Assembly: GCA_963714085.1 (NCBI GenBank)
Contig: OY970229.1
Coordinates: 992,001 to 1,056,000 of the forward strand
Direction of reading: 5' to 3'
DNA: 64,000 nucleotides
From: an uncultured Candidatus Micrarchaeota archaeon
GTDB lineage: Archaea > Micrarchaeota > Micrarchaeia > Anstonellales > Bilamarchaeaceae
The position numbers and the translations under genes are program-made. The notes beneath the pieces were generated by a model, which ran no database searches, had not been told where the DNA came from, and was given only the letters and a program-made list of their open reading frames with translations. Each line of letters begins with the position of its first letter. Position 1 is the stretch's first letter. Shown here piece after piece: positions 38,386 through 48,562 of the stretch.

Positions 38386-39717
38386 ATGGCGAAGTATTTC
38401 GGGACGAACGGGGTGCGCGGCCTTTTCAGCGAGCTCGACCCCATGCTGGCCATGAGGCTGGCCAGGGCGATTGGCGTCTATTTCGGCCACGGCAGGGTCC
38501 TGGTGGCCAGGGACGCGAGGCTCACCGGGGAATGCCTCAAGCACGCGGTCGTGGCAGGCTTGCAGTCCGCGGGCTGCGAAGTCGTGGACCTGGACTACGC
38601 GACCGCGCCGACCGCGGAATTCATGGTGAAGAGGCTGAAGGCGGACGGCCTGATAATCATAACCGCGTCCCACAACCCCCCGGAGTGGAACGCGCTCAAG
38701 GTCGTGGACGCGAAGGACGTCACGGTGTCCAGGGAGCGCGGCGCATCCATAGAGAAGCTGATGGACAAGCCGGGTTCCGTGTCCTGGGACAGGGTCAGGC
38801 CCTGCACGGCTTGCAATACTTCCGCCGCGGAGCACAGCGACGCCATAGCCTCGCTCGTCAACGCCGCGAGGATCAGGACCCGCAGGCTCAAGCTCGTCCT
38901 GGACTGCGGGAACGGGACCGCGGCGCTCATCGCGCCCGGGCTGTTCGAGCGCCTGGGGTGCGATCTGGTGATCATCAACGGCGTGATGGACGGCCGTTTC
39001 CCCGGAAGGCCTTCGGAGCCGACCGAAGCCAATGTCCACGAGCTCATGAGCACGGTGAAGATCTCCGGAGCTGATGCCGGCATCGCATGGGACGGGGACG
39101 GCGACAGGGTGGTCTTCGTAGACGAGACCGGCAACTACGTCATCGGCGACAGGGTGTTCGCGCTGAGCGTGCTCTGGAAGCTCGCGAAGAACAAAGGCGA
39201 CATAGTCACAACGGTAGCCACGAGCAGGGCGGCCGAGGACGTGGCAGCGCGGTTCAAATGCAGGGCGCGCTACACGGCGATCGGAGCGCCCTATCTCTCC
39301 GAGGCGGTCGCCAGAGGCCCGGCTTCGATAGCCGGCGAGGAGGTCGGCGGCGTCATATGGCCCGAGCTCTCGCTCGCGAAAGACGGCTTCATGACCGCGG
39401 CAAGGCTCGCAGAGGCGCTCTGCGACAAGCCGCTGGGCGCGTGGCTCAGGGAGCTCCCGGTATACTACAACGTCAAGAAGAAGATCGTCGCGGACGCGGA
39501 GGCGAAGAAGGGGATTGTCGCACGCGCGCTCGCGCACGCCAAAAGCGGAAAGCTGAACTACACCACAGTGGACGGGGTGCGCGTCAACTTCCCGGACTCC
39601 TGGGTGATCGTGCGCGCATCCGGGACCGAGAACTACGCGCGCGTGTTCGCAGAGGCGAAAAGCGAGGCTGAAGCCGAGAAGCTGGCCGAGGAATGGAAGA
39701 AGATAGCGGAAGGCTGA
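38386..39717 (+). CDS. phosphoglucosamine mutase / phosphomannomutase
   Basis: FGTNGVRG, TASHNP, DGDGDR, RASGTE. Confidence 0.93.
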   Translation: MAKYFGTNGVRGLFSELDPMLAMRLARAIGVYFGHGRVLVARDARLTGECLKHAVVAGLQSAGCEVVDLDYATAPTAEFMVKRLKADGLIIITASHNPPEWNALKVVDAKDVTVSRERGASIEKLMDKPGSVSWDRVRPCTACNTSAAEHSDAIASLVNAARIRTRRLKLVLDCGNGTAALIAPGLFERLGCDLVIINGVMDGRFPGRPSEPTEANVHELMSTVKISGADAGIAWDGDGDRVVFVDETGNYVIGDRVFALSVLWKLAKNKGDIVTTVATSRAAEDVAARFKCRARYTAIGAPYLSEAVARGPASIAGEEVGGVIWPELSLAKDGFMTAARLAEALCDKPLGAWLRELPVYYNVKKKIVADAEAKKGIVARALAHAKSGKLNYTTVDGVRVNFPDSWVIVRASGTENYARVFAEAKSEAEAEKLAEEWKKIAEG

Positions 39718-39757
39718 GTCGTCCGAAAGACCGGCCTTTTCTCTTTAAAACGGTTCC

Positions 39758-40669
39758 ATGCACAATCATCCCATGGACATCGCAGGCAGGGCCATGCTCG
39801 CGCCCATGTCTACTTTCACCAACCTGCCCTTCCGGCTGCTCTGCCAGAGGCACGGCTGCCAGGGCGCGGTCGTACCTCTCATCAGTGCGAAAGCGCTCAT
39901 CATGCACAAGGGAGTGTCGAAAGAGCTCGACCCGTCCAGCTCCGAGCGGTTCGTCGGGGTCCAGGTCTTCGGCGCGTCGGTGGATGATATCGGGAAAGCG
40001 GCGCGCCTTATCGCGGAACGCTATGGTTTCATAAGATACATAGACATCAACTGCGCCTGCCCGGTGAAAAAGGTCGTCAGGAACGGGGCCGGCTCGGCCC
40101 TGCTGCACAAGCCGGGCGTGGTCGCTGACATGATAAGGGCTGCTGGCAAGGCCGGGGTCCCGGTGACTGTGAAGCTGCGCAAGCTCAGGGACGATTCCGC
40201 CACCCTGGGGTTCTGCAGGCGCTGCGAGGATGCCGGCGCCTCGGCGCTTTTCGTCCACGGGAGGCTTCCCAGCCAGGGCTATTCCGGGGAAGCGGACTGG
40301 GGGGCGATATCGCGCATCGCGCAAAGCGTTTCCGTGCCAGTGATCGGAAGCGGGGACATCCGGAGCATGGAGGAGGGGAAGCTGCTCGCAAAGGAGTCGG
40401 GCTGCGCAGGCTTCATGGTCGGAAGGGCGGCGATGACCGACCCTGGGATCTTCTCGTCCCCGAAGGAGGAGAGCCCGGAGCGCAAGCGCTCGCTCTTCCT
40501 TGAATACCTGTCGCTCTGCGAGGAGCTGGGCATGAAAAGGTTCCCGGACCTCAAATCCAAGGCTATCCAGATGTTCAGCGGATTCGGGAACAGCGCTGCC
40601 GTGCGCCGCGGCATCTGCGGCTGCGGCGACGAGGCCGGGTTGATGGGGATAGTGGAAGGCCTCTCATGA
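39758..40669 (+). CDS. dus: tRNA-dihydrouridine synthase
   Basis: LAPM, DINCACP, GAGSALL, TVKLR, VHGR, GSGDI, MVGR. Confidence 0.92.
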   Translation: MHNHPMDIAGRAMLAPMSTFTNLPFRLLCQRHGCQGAVVPLISAKALIMHKGVSKELDPSSSERFVGVQVFGASVDDIGKAARLIAERYGFIRYIDINCACPVKKVVRNGAGSALLHKPGVVADMIRAAGKAGVPVTVKLRKLRDDSATLGFCRRCEDAGASALFVHGRLPSQGYSGEADWGAISRIAQSVSVPVIGSGDIRSMEEGKLLAKESGCAGFMVGRAAMTDPGIFSSPKEESPERKRSLFLEYLSLCEELGMKRFPDLKSKAIQMFSGFGNSAAVRRGICGCGDEAGLMGIVEGLS

Positions 40670-41614
40670 GGCCTGCGGTTCCCAGGTGCATTGGCGCTTC
40701 ACGCAGCCGCAGGTCAGCTTATAGGGGGTCGGGTCGTAGCAGGACCTCCAATCGCAGGTCGTGAATATGTGCTTGTCGTTGACCGAGTCGCAGACCTCGG
40801 AGTTGCACCCGTCCCTCCTGCAGTCGGAATTGGTGGAGCAGCTGCCTGTGCTCCATCCGCAGAATGGGTTGGAATCCGTGTACACGCGCTTTCCTTCGTA
40901 GTAGACGTCCACGGAGTCGTTCGATCCGTTTATGTCCGCAAGCCAGCGTATGGCTCCAGCGCACTGGACGCAGGTCGCGGAGGTTTCGAGCGGCGCCGTG
41001 GTGATGTTCACCACGTAGACGCTGCCGTTATGGTCCAGCTCCGCGCTCGCAGCGTAGCAGGGGTTCGGGACGCTTATCGAGCCGCTCATCACGGTCCTGT
41101 ACGGGGTGATGTTCTTCGTCGGCTCGACCTCGTTTCCGCACCCGGGCTGGCCGAGCATCCTGAAGTAGAACTCGTCTTCGCTCTGGTTCGTGGTCTCGTT
41201 CGCCACCAGGGGCACCGCCACGCACTTGTTCTGCCTGCATACGCCCATGGACGGCTGGCCCGCGCAGGCGCACACCGGGCCGGTGCAGTTCGGGGTCTCC
41301 AGATTATACCTGTTCACGTATTCGCCCGGGCCGCAGTCGCAGCATTCATTCTGCCTCACGCAGTCCCCGTCCTTCTCGCAGTAATCCTTGACCTCGTAGC
41401 CGGCCGGTATCTGTATCGTGATGTTCGTGGCGTTGGACGCATTGGTAACGTTGCTTGCATTAGTCTCAGTGGTGGTGGCATTGATGGTGGCATTGGTGCC
41501 CGGCGGGGCGATCGCTTTGCTCTGGTTGGTGGAGTTCGCCACCGGCGCCTGGGGCTGAAGGCAGCCCGGAACCAAGAGAATCCCTATCGCGAGAAGCACC
41601 AATATCGCTCTCAT
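40664..41614 (-). CDS. Cys-rich lipoprotein with C-terminal eight-cysteine-cluster domain
   Basis: LVPG-C lipobox, many NxS/T sequons, FCGWST..C..NSDC...GC..EVC...C.W..CY...CGC....C.W. Confidence 0.8.
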   Translation of the reverse strand: MRAILVLLAIGILLVPGCLQPQAPVANSTNQSKAIAPPGTNATINATTTETNASNVTNASNATNITIQIPAGYEVKDYCEKDGDCVRQNECCDCGPGEYVNRYNLETPNCTGPVCACAGQPSMGVCRQNKCVAVPLVANETTNQSEDEFYFRMLGQPGCGNEVEPTKNITPYRTVMSGSISVPNPCYAASAELDHNGSVYVVNITTAPLETSATCVQCAGAIRWLADINGSNDSVDVYYEGKRVYTDSNPFCGWSTGSCSTNSDCRRDGCNSEVCDSVNDKHIFTTCDWRSCYDPTPYKLTCGCVKRQCTWEPQAS

Positions 41615-41655
41615 GAGGATGGATTAGAAAGAGAAGGGTTAAGAAAATACGGATT

Positions 41656-43104
41656 TTATTTGGGCGTAATCAGCCAGTTTAAGAACGCGAGTACACCATA
41701 GCCGACGAGCGGAAGACCTATTAGCGTTAGGATAATCTGAGCTGCTATCTGACGCTCGGAATTCCAAAAAGTTTTGCCCGGTTTCTGAAACCTGCCAAGC
41801 TCCTGTTCAGATTCCTCTGAGGCGACCGGAGCCGCTCGTTTCGTTGGGGCTGGCGGCCGAACAGGCGCAGCGCGAGCCGGAGGTACCGCAGGCCGTTGAA
41901 CCATTGGAACTGGAGGCCGGACAGGCGCAGGCCGGGACGCTTGTTGCGCAGCAACCGCCAGTGGATGTTCGAGTTTCGTAGCTAGCGGCCGAAGAGGAAC
42001 AGCTGTATGCGCCGGCTCCGAAGTCGATGTGCCGTCGTCACGACGTACTATCCTCGTCAACTTCACTCTCACAGACCCGAACATCAGTTCGTCGCCTTTC
42101 CTAATCGGTCCTTTGGTGGTTCTTATTCCATTGACGTAAGTGCCGTTGCTAGAACCGAGGTCGACTATGTGGCAATCGGTATCAGTCAGTTCTATCAATG
42201 CATGCATCTCCGAAACCGATGGGTCGTCGATGTACACAACCGAATACGGGAGTTTGCCTATGCTGATGATGTCGCGTTTCAGATAGGGTCTATGCCATAC
42301 CTTGATTTCCTCGAACGCCGGACCGTCTGGTCTCAATTCGGAAAACCCGATGAAAGAGCTGCTTTCTTTTGCATTGGCAAGTGCCGACACCCTAACAATT
42401 GGCGCCGATTCCTGGACAGGCGCAGCGCGAGCCGGAGGAGCTGCCGACGTCTGAACAGAGGCAGCTGCATGTGTCGGCTCTGAAGCTGACGCATCCGGGC
42501 TCCATTCTATCTTCGTCACCATCAATTTCACATCTCCCACTCTTATCTCGTCGCCTTGCTTGATGGACGGTCCCGCTCCCCACATGGAGATTCTTTTTCC
42601 ATTGACATAAGTGCCTTGGGAACCACAATCCACTATCATGCAAACAGTCCTGCACAGCTTTATTGCCGCATGCCTCTTCGAAACTGTCAAGTCGTCGACG
42701 ACGATATGCGAATTCTCGAGTGTCCCTATTTCAATGTTGACTACGGCGGCGTCCAGATTAGATCCATGCACCGTGATTTCCGGGCCTAGCGAGTCGTCTG
42801 CTCTCACTTCGCGAAACACAAACGAAGATCTGCTCGGGTTTATATGATGACCTACTGACACCCGGCCAACAATTGGAGCCGCCGCCTTAGCAGCAGGCGC
42901 AGCCGCTTTTTGAGCAACGGCCGGTGGAGCAACTTGAGCAGGCGCGTCTGCACTCCTCGCGCCTTCTGGCTGGATTTTGTGCGGTTCCAGTGCGTCAGCC
43001 GCCGGCTTTGCTTGGGGCGGTCGGTTTCCAGACGGTTTGCTTCCTTGAGCCAGGAGCGCTGCCCTGAAGCTTGCTAGGACCGGATCGACGTTCTTTGCCA
43101 TCAC
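41656..43104 (-). CDS. double FHA-domain protein with C-terminal membrane anchor
   Basis: VSKRHA..DCGS.GTYVNG and VSEMHA..DLGSSNGTYVNG; C-terminal TM segment. Confidence 0.88.
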   Translation of the reverse strand: MMAKNVDPVLASFRAALLAQGSKPSGNRPPQAKPAADALEPHKIQPEGARSADAPAQVAPPAVAQKAAAPAAKAAAPIVGRVSVGHHINPSRSSFVFREVRADDSLGPEITVHGSNLDAAVVNIEIGTLENSHIVVDDLTVSKRHAAIKLCRTVCMIVDCGSQGTYVNGKRISMWGAGPSIKQGDEIRVGDVKLMVTKIEWSPDASASEPTHAAASVQTSAAPPARAAPVQESAPIVRVSALANAKESSSFIGFSELRPDGPAFEEIKVWHRPYLKRDIISIGKLPYSVVYIDDPSVSEMHALIELTDTDCHIVDLGSSNGTYVNGIRTTKGPIRKGDELMFGSVRVKLTRIVRRDDGTSTSEPAHTAVPLRPLATKLEHPLAVAAQQASRPAPVRPPVPMVQRPAVPPARAAPVRPPAPTKRAAPVASEESEQELGRFQKPGKTFWNSERQIAAQIILTLIGLPLVGYGVLAFLNWLITPK

Positions 43105-43117
43105 CGCACCGTTCCGC

Positions 43118-45283
43118 TCATTTGGATACTGACAATCTGAGTGCTTCGGCCATCATGTTGAACCTGTCAGTGATCTCAGCAGCGCCGCCCGTGTCCCTGT
43201 CTACGACCGTGCCATCGCGCAGTTTGTCACTTTGTTTGCACCTCTCAATCATCCTCTTGGCAGATTCCGTGTCTCCGATTTCGACGTATGTGAGCCCTGC
43301 TTTCCTATAATCCCCACCAGCCTCGCTGTTCTTGGCGCTCATGCGCAGGGCTTCCATTTCCACGCCGCTCGGGCATCCCTTCGGCACCGTCCTTGCGCAC
43401 CTGCCCGGGTCGGCTATCTGCGCGTCGAGGAGCGTACTCATCTCAGCGCTGAGTTGTTCAGCGGGATCCGCATCTGCTGGCGCGGGGGTCCCTTCACCGT
43501 TTTTTGAGTACTGTCTCAAGTCTTTCGCTATGATGTCCCTTGCTTTGTCCCACTCTCCCAGTCTGAAGCGAGCGCGTACGGCAGTTGTATAATACCCGAG
43601 CTTTTTGCCCTGGTCAGCGGCAGAATCTCCAAGCTTTTCGTATTGCTCAGCGACAGTTCTCACTTCCCTTTTATCGGCATCTGAAAGGCACCCCTTGGGC
43701 AGAGGGCCGGGCCTGCAGCTCTTGATTTTGTCAGCCATCTGCGTTATGCGGGCCTGCCTCTCCGCAGCGCGCGCTTCCGCGGCCTTTCTCTCATTGTGGT
43801 GGTGTAATCCAATCAGAGCCGCGCATGCGGCGAAACCCGCAAGCGCCACGACTGCGATGGTTCTTTTTTTTGGCAAATGAGTAAGGCCCGTACGCTTTGC
43901 CTGGGTAGGGGCTGATGTTGGTGCAGCTGTTGGCGGCTGAACCGGACCAGCAGGAGCCGGCGGAACACGAGTGCCCGCAATAGCCGGAGGAACTACAGGC
44001 GGCTGCTTGGCGGGGGCAGGGCGAGCCTGCCGAATAGGAGGCGGCAGTTGAACTCCTGTAGCCGGCGGCCTAACGGGTGCGACAGGTTGCGGGTGGGTGG
44101 GAGCAGCTTCGCGCACCGGCTCGCCTGCACTGTAGGTTAGCCTCTGCACCCGGAATCTCACAGCTCCCACTCTTATCGTGTTGCCTTCTTCAAGCAAGCC
44201 TTCAAGCGCGGGGCCCGTGATTTTCTTTTCACCTTCGCCTTTATCGACAAAAGTGCCATTACTAGAACCATTATCAAATATCTGGCAATGACCATTGACC
44301 AGACCTATCGTTGCATGCCTCCTAGAAACTGTTTCGTCTTCTAGTCCGAGCACGCAATCTTCGAGTTTACCTATTCTGACGAATGGCACCTTTTCAAATT
44401 TGAATTCGGCGAGTGTCGAGCCATCCGGTCCTATCTGGGCAAGCTGAATCGAAAACCTGGTTGCAATCAGATGGGCGGCTGAAGGCCGCGCTAATGGTGC
44501 AACAAACGGAGCGTCTTTCGGCGGCTGAACAGCTGCAGCCGGAGGGGCTGCGGGCTCTTTTAGCGGGAAAACTGGCGCTCGCCCGATTGCGGTTTTATGC
44601 GAAACCTGGGCAGCACGAGCCGTAGGGACTGCCGATGACTGAACGGGGGCAGGCGCATGTTCCGATTCTGGAGTTAAAGGAGCGGGGTCGTATTTTATCC
44701 TCGTCACCTTCAATTCCACATCCCCGAATTTTAGCACGTCGCCTTCCTTGAACGACCATTTGGCGATTTTTTCTCCATTGATACAAGTGCCTCGCGTAGA
44801 ACCAAGGTCAATTAGTTCGTAACCCTTCTCTGAAAGCTCTACCACTGCATGCATCCTCGAAACCGTTACGTCATCGACGATGATATGTGAAGTCGGGAGT
44901 TTGCCTATTTTCAAGGCGACTAACTTTCTGTCCGAATAGAATTCCCCATGTACTATGATTTCCGGACCTAGCGAGCCGTCCCTTAATTCGGAAACCACAA
45001 ACAAAGAATTGCTCGGGCTTATATGACTGCCTACCGAAACACAGCCCGCGGTTGGAGCCGCTGGCTTAACAGCAGGCGGAGCCGCTTTTGGCGCAGCAGC
45101 CGGTGGAGCAACTTGAGCGGGCGCTTTAGCTTCAACACCTCTTGCGCCTTCTGGCGGAGCTTTGTGTGGTTCCACTGCGTCAGCCGCCTTTGCTTGGGGT
45201 GGTTGGTTTCCAGACGCTTTGCTTCTTTGAATCACGAGCGCTGCCCTAAATCCTGCGAGTCGGTCGTCTTTTTTTTCTGCCAT
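43118..45283 (-). CDS. double FHA-domain membrane protein with C-terminal TPR-like region
   Basis: VSRMHA..DLGSTRGT..NG and VSRRHA..DNGSSNGTFV; TM IAVVALAGFAACAALIGL. Confidence 0.88.
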   Translation of the reverse strand: MAEKKDDRLAGFRAALVIQRSKASGNQPPQAKAADAVEPHKAPPEGARGVEAKAPAQVAPPAAAPKAAPPAVKPAAPTAGCVSVGSHISPSNSLFVVSELRDGSLGPEIIVHGEFYSDRKLVALKIGKLPTSHIIVDDVTVSRMHAVVELSEKGYELIDLGSTRGTCINGEKIAKWSFKEGDVLKFGDVELKVTRIKYDPAPLTPESEHAPAPVQSSAVPTARAAQVSHKTAIGRAPVFPLKEPAAPPAAAVQPPKDAPFVAPLARPSAAHLIATRFSIQLAQIGPDGSTLAEFKFEKVPFVRIGKLEDCVLGLEDETVSRRHATIGLVNGHCQIFDNGSSNGTFVDKGEGEKKITGPALEGLLEEGNTIRVGAVRFRVQRLTYSAGEPVREAAPTHPQPVAPVRPPATGVQLPPPIRQARPAPAKQPPVVPPAIAGTRVPPAPAGPVQPPTAAPTSAPTQAKRTGLTHLPKKRTIAVVALAGFAACAALIGLHHHNERKAAEARAAERQARITQMADKIKSCRPGPLPKGCLSDADKREVRTVAEQYEKLGDSAADQGKKLGYYTTAVRARFRLGEWDKARDIIAKDLRQYSKNGEGTPAPADADPAEQLSAEMSTLLDAQIADPGRCARTVPKGCPSGVEMEALRMSAKNSEAGGDYRKAGLTYVEIGDTESAKRMIERCKQSDKLRDGTVVDRDTGGAAEITDRFNMMAEALRLSVSK

Positions 45284-45368
45284 TGCTATCCGCCTCTCTT
45301 ATCACATGTAATAGTAGGTGTATAAATGAGGCAAACTGTTTAAAAATCCACCACACCCGCGCTTTTTC

Positions 45369-46211
45369 TCAAACAAGTCCTTTCGCTTTCAGCACAGGCA
45401 TGAAATCCACTTCGGAGACACCGGACGCTATGGAATTGGTCGCGAACACCCCGTCGCACGACGCCCTGAGCCTCTGCAGCGAGTCCTTGAGGAAGAATCC
45501 GTGCGTTGCTGCGCAGAGGACCTTTTTCGCACCTCCTTTCCTCACGTTCTCCACAGCCCTCACCATGGTGCCGCCGGTGGACACCATGTCGTCCAGGATG
45601 AGCACGTTCTTCCCCTTCACGTCGAAACCGCGCTCGAGCTTCTCGATCCTCCTGTACGTCTCGCTCCCCTGGACGTAATCGCCCCTCAGCTTGCGCATGG
45701 ACTTGCCGCCATGGCCTTCCACCATGTAGTTTGCGCCGACGTCCGGGGAGATGACCTCCAGCTCCCCGACTTTCGACTTCGCGTGGCTTATGAGCGCTTC
45801 TGCCATGGACACGTTCTCTATGGCCAGGCCGCCGTACTCCATCCTGCCCTCCTTTTTGAGGAAATGGCAGTCCAGCGTCACGAGGCGCTCGGCCCCGGCT
45901 GACTTGAGCATCCTGCAGAGCACCTCGGCGCTCAGCGCCTCGCCGTCCAGGAATGTCTTGTCCTGGCGCGAGTACGGGAGGTAAGGCGAGACCAAGACCG
46001 GCTTCGCCCCGGCTCTCCTGAGCGTGTCCAGCATGAGCATGGCCTGGAATATGCACCTGTCCTGCTCGGGGTAGAGCCTGTGGAGGATTTGGACCTCCTT
46101 CCCCTCCAGCGCGGCTATGCCAGGGATGCGGATGTACGCGTCGCCGTCAGGGAAGGTCTTCGTCTCCACGTCCGGTTTCATGAGATCCGCGCAATTAGGG
46201 CTGATGAGCAT
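45369..46211 (-). CDS. prs: ribose-phosphate pyrophosphokinase
   Basis: FPDGD, PYLPYSRQDK, SPDVGA, LDDMVSTGGT, ATHG. Confidence 0.93.
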   Translation of the reverse strand: MLISPNCADLMKPDVETKTFPDGDAYIRIPGIAALEGKEVQILHRLYPEQDRCIFQAMLMLDTLRRAGAKPVLVSPYLPYSRQDKTFLDGEALSAEVLCRMLKSAGAERLVTLDCHFLKKEGRMEYGGLAIENVSMAEALISHAKSKVGELEVISPDVGANYMVEGHGGKSMRKLRGDYVQGSETYRRIEKLERGFDVKGKNVLILDDMVSTGGTMVRAVENVRKGGAKKVLCAATHGFFLKDSLQRLRASCDGVFATNSIASGVSEVDFMPVLKAKGLV

Positions 46212-46273
46212 GAGCCTGATTAGCCTGCAAATATATTAAACTCTTGCCCGAGAAAACAGTCCAGGGTGGTGGA

Positions 46274-46795
46274 ATGGCAAAAGTCCTCATGATAGTCGCC
46301 CAGTCCGGTTTCAGGGACGAGGAGCTTCTCGTGCCGCAGGAGGTGCTGGAAGCAGGGAAGCACGAGGTCAAGATCGCGAGCATCGCCAGGTCCAGGGCCA
46401 CGGGCGCGCTCGGCGCGTCGGTGAACCCGGATTTCGCAGTGCACGAGGTGAATCCTGATTTTTTCGACGCCATCGTGGTCGTCGGGGGTCCGGGCGCGAT
46501 GAAGCTCGCCGAGAGCGAGGACGTGCTCAAGTTCGTGCAGGGCGCGTTCAGCAAGGGCAAGATAGTCGCGGCGATATGCCTCGGGCCCGTGACGCTCGCG
46601 AGGGCGGGCGTGCTGGCCGGCAGGCGGGCCACGGTGTTCCGGTCCTCGGACGCCACCAGGGCGCTCAGGGACGGGGGCGCCAGGTACACCGCGGAGCGCG
46701 TGACCGTGGACGGCAAGCTCCTGACCGCGTGCGGCCCGGAGGTGGCCGGCGAGTTCGGAAGGAAGCTCGTTGATATGCTGGAGGGCCGCGAATAG
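46274..46795 (+). CDS. DJ-1/PfpI family protein
   Basis: FRDEE, VVGGPGA, AAICLGP. Confidence 0.92.
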   Translation: MAKVLMIVAQSGFRDEELLVPQEVLEAGKHEVKIASIARSRATGALGASVNPDFAVHEVNPDFFDAIVVVGGPGAMKLAESEDVLKFVQGAFSKGKIVAAICLGPVTLARAGVLAGRRATVFRSSDATRALRDGGARYTAERVTVDGKLLTACGPEVAGEFGRKLVDMLEGRE

Positions 46796-46869
46796 CTCCG
46801 GAAGGGCGGTTTTTCCAGGACTCCGCCCCGCCGGCAGCTATTTAAAACGTTCGCAGCACAAATGTTGTT

Positions 46870-47565
46870 ATGAGAGGATTAATGCGGAGCTGCCCCGGTA
46901 CGGTTAGGACCGCCGTAACCGTGGCTGCGCTCGGTTTCATCATGCACCTGCCCTCGTATGAGCGGGCTGCGCACGCGATCCCACAAGCGCCGAGGGACGA
47001 AAACGCCCTTGCGGCCGCGAAACCGCAGCAGGGCAAATCCAGGCCGACCGGGGATGGCGGCAGGTTCATGCCTGAGAAGAGCCCGCAGCAGGAGCGGGAA
47101 GAGGCCACATATTCGTTAACCGCATCCATGAGGGTCCGGCCCGGCACTGACGTGATGAAGGCGCTGCTCGATGAGAATTATGACATGCTCCTCCAAAGGC
47201 ACCAAATGCTCGACCCGCTGGCTCCAAGAATAACCTCGGCAAAAGAGGCGGAGGATTGGCTTGCCGCGGAATTGGGCGTGTTCAAGGAAGCCAAGGATTT
47301 CGCCCCAAAAGACCAGCTTGCGATAATGATCGCATCAGTATCCACTCATGCAGGCACCATCCTGAGGACCTGGTCTCTGGAAGGAGGGCAGGAAAAGCCT
47401 GGGCACCCTTACACGAAAGCATATCTGGGTTCCATACGGTCGCACGGCTTCCCGAAGCTGGCAGACTCAGTCGAGCAATGGCTTAAAAACGGGAAAGGAG
47501 ATACACTAACGCTCTACAAAGGCATGCGGGGATGCATGCTAAACGGATGCATGATACCAAGGTGA
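46870..47565 (+). CDS. hypothetical protein with N-terminal hydrophobic segment
   Basis: ORF with TTTAAA ~25 nt upstream. Confidence 0.6.
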   Translation: MRGLMRSCPGTVRTAVTVAALGFIMHLPSYERAAHAIPQAPRDENALAAAKPQQGKSRPTGDGGRFMPEKSPQQEREEATYSLTASMRVRPGTDVMKALLDENYDMLLQRHQMLDPLAPRITSAKEAEDWLAAELGVFKEAKDFAPKDQLAIMIASVSTHAGTILRTWSLEGGQEKPGHPYTKAYLGSIRSHGFPKLADSVEQWLKNGKGDTLTLYKGMRGCMLNGCMIPR

Positions 47566-47570
47566 TATGA

Positions 47571-48281
47571 ATGGCTCAAATACAAATAGGGTCACAGGAT
47601 CTGGAACGGGCTGTCAGTGCCGCTGCAAGAACCGCATTGAAAGCGGTGAATATCTCGGTCCCTCCCGACCACCAGATATTCTCCGACCTCAGGGATTTTG
47701 CAAACGGCCGGAACCAGCCCAATACAACTGTTGAGCAGGACTTCAATAACGCAGCAAAAGCCAAAAAATTCGTTTCAGTGTTCACATCCGAAATCAAGAA
47801 AGCCGGAGTCTACGAGCAATATGCGAAAACCATGGACGTCACGGCCAGCGGCACCAACGTCGTGTTCACACAGAAGGCGGCCGGTGAAAAAGCTTCTCCC
47901 GCCGTAGGCGAGGCGATCGCATCCGGGCCTCTTGGCGATGCCATCAAGGCAGCTGCGAAAAAGACCGGCGTCACGATTCCAGCAAAAATAGATGTGGCAT
48001 CCTTTGCTCTTGTCTACAAGCCGTACCTGAAGGACAAGGCGGAAGGCAATTATAACGGAGGCGCCACCCTTCAGTTGGTACTCGGGCCAAAAAAAACTGC
48101 GCAGGACTTTGCCGCCACTTTCCTGGGCGCTTTGGACAAACCAACTGCGGTAATCGGCATTACGGCCAAGGTGGTTGAGGACTCGCCTAACAAATTTGCG
48201 GTGGTGCTGGAGATCCCCCCTCTCAACGGGGACATGAAGTTCAGCGACGCGGAAGCATTCAAGCCGAAAAAAGCCAGGTAA
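47571..48281 (+). CDS. hypothetical protein with internal two-fold repeat
   Basis: GGTGAT SD; two similar halves. Confidence 0.7.
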   Translation: MAQIQIGSQDLERAVSAAARTALKAVNISVPPDHQIFSDLRDFANGRNQPNTTVEQDFNNAAKAKKFVSVFTSEIKKAGVYEQYAKTMDVTASGTNVVFTQKAAGEKASPAVGEAIASGPLGDAIKAAAKKTGVTIPAKIDVASFALVYKPYLKDKAEGNYNGGATLQLVLGPKKTAQDFAATFLGALDKPTAVIGITAKVVEDSPNKFAVVLEIPPLNGDMKFSDAEAFKPKKAR

Positions 48282-48340
48282 GCGCCCAAACAAAGGCTTT
48301 TTGTTACTTTCTTTCCAATTCCCCATCAGGAGGCATCACT

Positions 48341-48562
48341 ATGATCACCATAGAGCATGCAGGCTGTATCTTCTGCGTCGGATGCTCGTCCGTGTGCCCT
48401 GCAAACGCCATAGAGGCCGTGGGCACCAGGATGAAGCACTATCCTGAGAAATGCATAGACTGCGGGCTTTGCGCCAAGGTCTGCCCGGCGAACGTCATAA
48501 CGCTGCACAAGGGCGTCAAGGACCCAAGCCAGCTGAAGGCATCGAAGGGGGCGGGAAAATGA
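48341..48562 (+). CDS. 2x[4Fe-4S] ferredoxin
   Basis: CIFCVGCSSVCP and CIDCGLCAKVCP. Confidence 0.93.
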   Translation: MITIEHAGCIFCVGCSSVCPANAIEAVGTRMKHYPEKCIDCGLCAKVCPANVITLHKGVKDPSQLKASKGAGK

